Positions 60,015 through 64,000 of a stretch of 64,000 bases of DNA are shown here, in pieces. Both the position numbers and the translations under genes were made by a program. The notes under the pieces are model-generated. The model ran no database searches. It was not told where the DNA came from and saw only the letters and a list, made by a program, of their open reading frames with translations. The DNA comes from Fimbriimonadales bacterium (GTDB taxonomy: Bacteria > Armatimonadota > Fimbriimonadia > Fimbriimonadales > JABRVX01), in NCBI GenBank assembly GCA_045862955.1, contig BTVI01000006.1, forward strand, positions 37,703 through 101,702, written 5' to 3'. The number at the start of each line of letters is the position of its first letter. The stretch's first letter is position 1.

Positions 60015-60131
60015 CCGGAACTATCTCCACGCCCGACGATCCATGGTGCGATTCATAGAGGTCCAGACCTTCCGGACCAAAAAGGAAATCCAACCGGAAC
60101 TATCCCCACGCCCGACGATCCATGGTGCGAT
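60015..60131. repeat. 38-bp direct repeat duplicating the 3' end of yifB/comM
   Basis: CCGGAACTATC(T/C)CCACGCCCGACGATCCATGGTGCGAT at 60015-60052 and 60094-60131. Confidence 0.85.
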
Positions 60132-61638
60132 ACTGCACCGCCTCGGCCACATGCGGAACGGCGATGTCGGAAGCACCTTCCAGATCCGCGATCGTCCGCG
60201 CCAGCTTTACCAACCTGTCGAAAGCTCGCGCCGAGAGCCCCAGTTTGCGGCAGCTCATCTGCAGGAACTCTCTTGCTGGCTCGCCGAGGGGACACGTCTC
60301 CCTGAGCTGTCTGGGAGTGAGGTGCGCATTCACGTAGACGCCGGTTCCCTTCAGCCTGTCGTACTGGCGTTCTCGTGCCGCCGTAACCCGTTCCCGAATC
60401 GCCGCGGAGGGTTCGCCCAGATCCAGGCCGAGCAGGTCTTCCTGGCGGACGCGCGGCACCTCGATGTGAATGTCGATTCGGTCTATGAGCGGTCCAGAGA
60501 TACGTTGGAGATACCTCCTGATTGCGGACGGGCTGCAGGTGCACTGCTTCATGGTGTCGCCGTAGTACCCACATGGACACGGGTTTGCGGCGGCAACGAG
60601 TTGGAACTTCGCCGGGAAGTCTATGTGCCCGGCAACGCGAGACACCGACACGAGCCCGTCTTCGAGCGGCTGACGCAACGCCTCGAGCACGTCTCTGTCG
60701 TATTCCGGCATCTCGTCGAGAAACAGCACACCGTTGTGCGCGAGGCTGATCTCACCCGGCCGCGGGAACTTTCCTCCGCCTACGATGGCCGCGTAGGACG
60801 AAGTGTGGTGCGGAGCGCGGAAGGGACGCAGCGCGAGCAGGCCCTGGTGTGGACCCATCAGGCCCTTGGCGCTATGGATACGCGTGGTCTCGATGGACTC
60901 GGACAGGGTGAGGGACGGCAGAATGGTCGGGAGGCGCCGAGCGAGCATGGTCTTGCCCGAGCCGGGGGGACCTATCATGATCATGTTGTGCCCGCCCGCT
61001 GCCGCGACTTCCAGCGCGCGACGCGCCGTCTCCTGGCCCTTCACGTCGCGCATATCTTCTTCGCACTCGGCCAGCGCGGAGCCGAACTCCACGGTGTGCA
61101 CCGGCTGAGGCTTGGCGGATGACGGGTCCACCAAGATGTCTATGGCTTCTAGCAGCGACCCAGCACCGTACACCGGAAGGTCATCGAACACTGCCGCTTC
61201 CCGGGCGTTGTCGAGGGGCAAGAGCAGGGCCTGCATCTCGGGATCGGCCTGTGCGTAGATAGCCGCGGAGAGCGCGCCGGCAATCGGTCGTGTCGTGCCA
61301 TCCAGGCCGAGCTCGCCGAGGATTAGCGTATTTCCGAGGCAATCCGGCGAGAGCTGGCCAGTAGCGGCGAGAATGCCCAGCGCGATGGGCAGGTCGAAGT
61401 TGGGCCCTTCCTTTCGCACATCGGCGGGCGCGAGATTGACGGTGATGCGCGTGTGGGGGAAGGAGAGCCCAGAGTTCTTTATTGCCGTGCGAACTCGCTC
61501 TTTGCTCTCGTTGACGGCGGTGTCGGGCAGTCCGACGATGACGAAGTTGGCCAAGCCGGGGTGCACATCCACTTCGACGGTGACAGCATAAGCATCGATC
61601 CCTACTAGCGCGCTGGATGTCACTCGGCCTAAGGACAT
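60100..61638 (-). CDS. comM: YifB/ComM Mg-chelatase-like AAA+ ATPase
   Basis: IVGLPDTAVNESKERV, NLAPADVRKEG, GPPGSGKTMLARR, PFRAPHH, NPCPCG, ARTIADL. Confidence 0.94.
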   Translation of the reverse strand: MSLGRVTSSALVGIDAYAVTVEVDVHPGLANFVIVGLPDTAVNESKERVRTAIKNSGLSFPHTRITVNLAPADVRKEGPNFDLPIALGILAATGQLSPDCLGNTLILGELGLDGTTRPIAGALSAAIYAQADPEMQALLLPLDNAREAAVFDDLPVYGAGSLLEAIDILVDPSSAKPQPVHTVEFGSALAECEEDMRDVKGQETARRALEVAAAGGHNMIMIGPPGSGKTMLARRLPTILPSLTLSESIETTRIHSAKGLMGPHQGLLALRPFRAPHHTSSYAAIVGGGKFPRPGEISLAHNGVLFLDEMPEYDRDVLEALRQPLEDGLVSVSRVAGHIDFPAKFQLVAAANPCPCGYYGDTMKQCTCSPSAIRRYLQRISGPLIDRIDIHIEVPRVRQEDLLGLDLGEPSAAIRERVTAARERQYDRLKGTGVYVNAHLTPRQLRETCPLGEPAREFLQMSCRKLGLSARAFDRLVKLARTIADLEGASDIAVPHVAEAVQYRTMDRRAWG

Positions 61639-61719
61639 TCGATGAAGAACCTCGCGGCGATTGTAGCACCCGAGTCGTAGCTGCACGGCGGCCGATGTTG
61701 CGGTATTCTCCGTCGCGTC

Positions 61720-62730
61720 ATGCGAGCTCGCGTTCTTCTTCCCATTCTCTTCCTTCTCAGCACGTGCCTGAGCTGCGTTTCGACTGCCGTTCCGTTGGAA
61801 CCGGATAGGCGCACGGACAAGTCTTCGCTGGTGCTCATGACGCTGAACGCCGAATGGCTGTGGGACGGACTGCCTCCCGAAGAGGGACAAATCGAGTTCG
61901 GGGAGCGGCGTGGGTCTCCACAGAAAGCGGCCCAGCATATGGAAGCCATCGCGGGGATCATAGCCAAGGGCGATGCGGACATCGTGCTGCTTTGCGAGGT
62001 GGAGAATCTGCAAGCGCTCGAGATGCTGAACGACCGCTTCCTGAAAGGCAAGGGCTACCGAGCGTTTCTGGTAAATGGCAAGGATACGCACACGGGACAG
62101 GACGTTGGGCTACTGACGAGGCTGGACCCGATAGGCGACCGGATCACTCGCGACGATCGGAAGGGAAGCAGCGGAGCGACGAGCAAGGGGGTAAGCAAGA
62201 ACCTCGTCGCACGGTTCGAGTCGCAGGGCTCCCGTCTGGCGGTGATCGGCGTTCACTTCCTGGCGGAGCCAATGAATCAGGAGCGTAAAGCGGACAGGGA
62301 GGCACAGGCGGACGCCGTGCGGGGGATGGCACAGGACCTGTGGAAGCAGGGCTATTTCGTCGTCGTCATGGGGGATCTCAATGACTTCGACGGTGCCGAG
62401 GACAGCCTGGACAAGGCAAGCAGCAAACCAATCACGAAAGTGCTGAAGACCATCCGCGAACTCGACCCCAACGACAAGACGGACGACCTGCTCAACGCAG
62501 CAGCCCACGTGCCAAAAGAGCTGCGCTACACCTGCTTCTTCGACCGTAACAAAGACGGCAGAGTCGATCCCGAGACGGAGTTCGACTCGATCGATCACAT
62601 TCTGCTGTCCCGGCCGCTCTACCATCGCATCCGAAAGGTGCGCATCCTGCACGATCACGATCCGACGAAGGTCACGGATCACTTCCCTGTCGTGGTGAAG
62701 CTCGCGTGGCCCGCCGCCGCCAACCGGTGA
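61720..62730 (+). CDS. secreted endonuclease/exonuclease/phosphatase family protein
   Basis: MTLNAEWL, LCEVEN, MGDLND, IDHIL, TDHFPV; possible lipoprotein signal. Confidence 0.88.
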   Translation: MRARVLLPILFLLSTCLSCVSTAVPLEPDRRTDKSSLVLMTLNAEWLWDGLPPEEGQIEFGERRGSPQKAAQHMEAIAGIIAKGDADIVLLCEVENLQALEMLNDRFLKGKGYRAFLVNGKDTHTGQDVGLLTRLDPIGDRITRDDRKGSSGATSKGVSKNLVARFESQGSRLAVIGVHFLAEPMNQERKADREAQADAVRGMAQDLWKQGYFVVVMGDLNDFDGAEDSLDKASSKPITKVLKTIRELDPNDKTDDLLNAAAHVPKELRYTCFFDRNKDGRVDPETEFDSIDHILLSRPLYHRIRKVRILHDHDPTKVTDHFPVVVKLAWPAAANR

Positions 62731-63782
62731 ACGACGGGGACCTTCGCGCCCTGCGCAGACGGCTGCTAGCATGGTACGACCGAGAGAAGCGCGTGCTTCC
62801 CTGGAGGGGATCCGACGACCTCTACACGGTGTTGGTATCCGAGGTGATGCTTCAGCAGACGCGCGTTGGCACGGTGGTGCCTTACTTCGAGCGCTTCGTG
62901 GAGCGCTTTCCAGACCTGCGTTCGCTCGCGGCGGCCTCGGAGAAAGAGGTGCTAGCGGTCTGGCAAGGTCTCGGCTACTACGGTCGAGCTCGAAGCCTGC
63001 TTCTGGCTGCTCGGCGCCTGACGGCGGGCCCTACTCCCCGCGACGTAGCGGCGTTTCGCCAACTGCCTGGAATCGGCGAGTACAGCGCGGCAGCCTTGGC
63101 GAGCCGTGTGCTGGACGCCCCGGTCGCGGCGGTAGATGGGAACGTGGAGCGTGTCGTCGCACGGGTGTTCGGCATAGAAGGGAGGTTGAACGTCGCACCG
63201 GGGAAGTCGGCGATCCGCCAGGGGGCAATGAGATTGCTAGACAGTCGCCGGCCCGGCGACTGGAACCAAGCGATGATGGAACTGGGCGCTCGCATCTGCG
63301 TTGCCGGCGAGCCGAGATGCGCCGAGTGCCCAATCTGCAAGTACTGCCGCGCTTACCGCGAAGGCCTTACCGATCGGATCCCCGCGCGTCAGGAATCGCG
63401 TCAGCCGGTGCGATTGTTTCACGCTTGCGCGGTGCTCACCGACGGCAGGCGGGCGAAGTTGGTGCGCATCGGGCCGGGCAGGTGGTGGAGCGGTCTATGG
63501 GAGTTTCCGAGAACGGAGGTATCGCGCGGCGAGAGCGCTTCGACTGCCGCACGAAGGGCAGCGCTCGAGGCTGGTGTGTCTACCGATACCGGTACACCGC
63601 TACCGAGAGTGACGCACACTGTCACCTACCACCGTATCACGTTGCACCCTGTTCTTTTCCGAGTTACGCGGAGCCCGAGGTCTTGGACGCGCCTCGAGCT
63701 GTTAGGTAACACTCCGATGCCTGCGCCTCAAAGAGTGGTAGCGGACCACCTGCTAGCCACTCTCTTCGGAACACGACGGTAA
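62727..63782 (+). CDS. mutY: A/G-specific adenine glycosylase
   Basis: VSEVMLQQTRV, WQGLGYY, LPGIGEY, VDGNVERV, FeS cluster CxxxxxxCxxCxxxxxC, GLWEFP NUDIX-like tail. Confidence 0.95.
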   Translation: MNDGDLRALRRRLLAWYDREKRVLPWRGSDDLYTVLVSEVMLQQTRVGTVVPYFERFVERFPDLRSLAAASEKEVLAVWQGLGYYGRARSLLLAARRLTAGPTPRDVAAFRQLPGIGEYSAAALASRVLDAPVAAVDGNVERVVARVFGIEGRLNVAPGKSAIRQGAMRLLDSRRPGDWNQAMMELGARICVAGEPRCAECPICKYCRAYREGLTDRIPARQESRQPVRLFHACAVLTDGRRAKLVRIGPGRWWSGLWEFPRTEVSRGESASTAARRAALEAGVSTDTGTPLPRVTHTVTYHRITLHPVLFRVTRSPRSWTRLELLGNTPMPAPQRVVADHLLATLFGTRR

Positions 63783-63925
63783 TCGGTTTTTGCACTTTTT
63801 TCAGGGCGTTTGCGGGACCTTGCTTCGCGGTAGAAGGAACTTCGCGAAAACGAAAGCTTCCGGCACATTTGCCGGCCTGATCGCCGCCGGATTCCCCTAG
63901 ACGGTCGGCACCGGGTTTGTGCAAT

Positions 63926-63954
63926 TTGACGACAATGCGGGGAGGTGATAGAAT
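63926..63954 (+). promoter_or_regulatory. sigma70 promoter for a gene beyond the window
   Basis: TTGACG, 17 bp, TAGAAT. Confidence 0.65.
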
Positions 63955-64000
63955 GATGGGTGGTGGGCGATTCCAAGCCCTAGTGCTCAACCCCCGGCGG

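Noticed and set aside
60043..61122. 359-aa plus-strand ORF and similar antisense ORFs (33351-34538, 42084-43694, 35394-36215)
   Set aside because: They are shadow ORFs opposite well-supported genes in high-GC DNA.

Overview
High-GC bacterial chromosomal window. It is most likely Armatimonadota (Fimbriimonadia-like), inferred from the PEP-CTERM proteins, multiple DUF1559-type prepilin-like proteins and dockerin-like C-terminal domains. Left to right it contains: the 3' part of an SNF2 helicase; a ~16.5 kb LacI-regulated glycan-utilisation locus (HAF-repeat protein, prepilin-like protein plus partner, GH50-like, ABC transporter, GH42, SGNH, PEP-CTERM, GH106); a four-gene operon (atypical sigma factor, double zinc-finger anti-sigma, secreted TPR-CHAT caspase-like protease, beta-propeller); glnS and tRNA-Gln; two more prepilin-like/partner pairs; greA; tRNA-Gly; an M50-CBS protease; an arsR-arsM-arsC-acr3 operon; a damaged thioredoxin/12-Cys peptide/prepilin operon; glmL; an orphan promoter-driven structured RNA candidate; comF; large REP mosaics; an arabinose-type ABC transporter; tRNA-Ile2/Met and tRNA-Lys around prpD; a subtilase; gltX; a peroxiredoxin-like protein with a probable C-terminal selenocysteine and SECIS; yifB/comM with a duplicated 3' end; an EEP nuclease; and mutY. 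The best candidates for undescribed biology are the sigma/anti-sigma/CHAT proteolytic signalling module, the ~250 nt structured ncRNA, the hidden selenoprotein and the Cys-rich peptide operon. All product calls come from motif recognition by eye, not from database searches.
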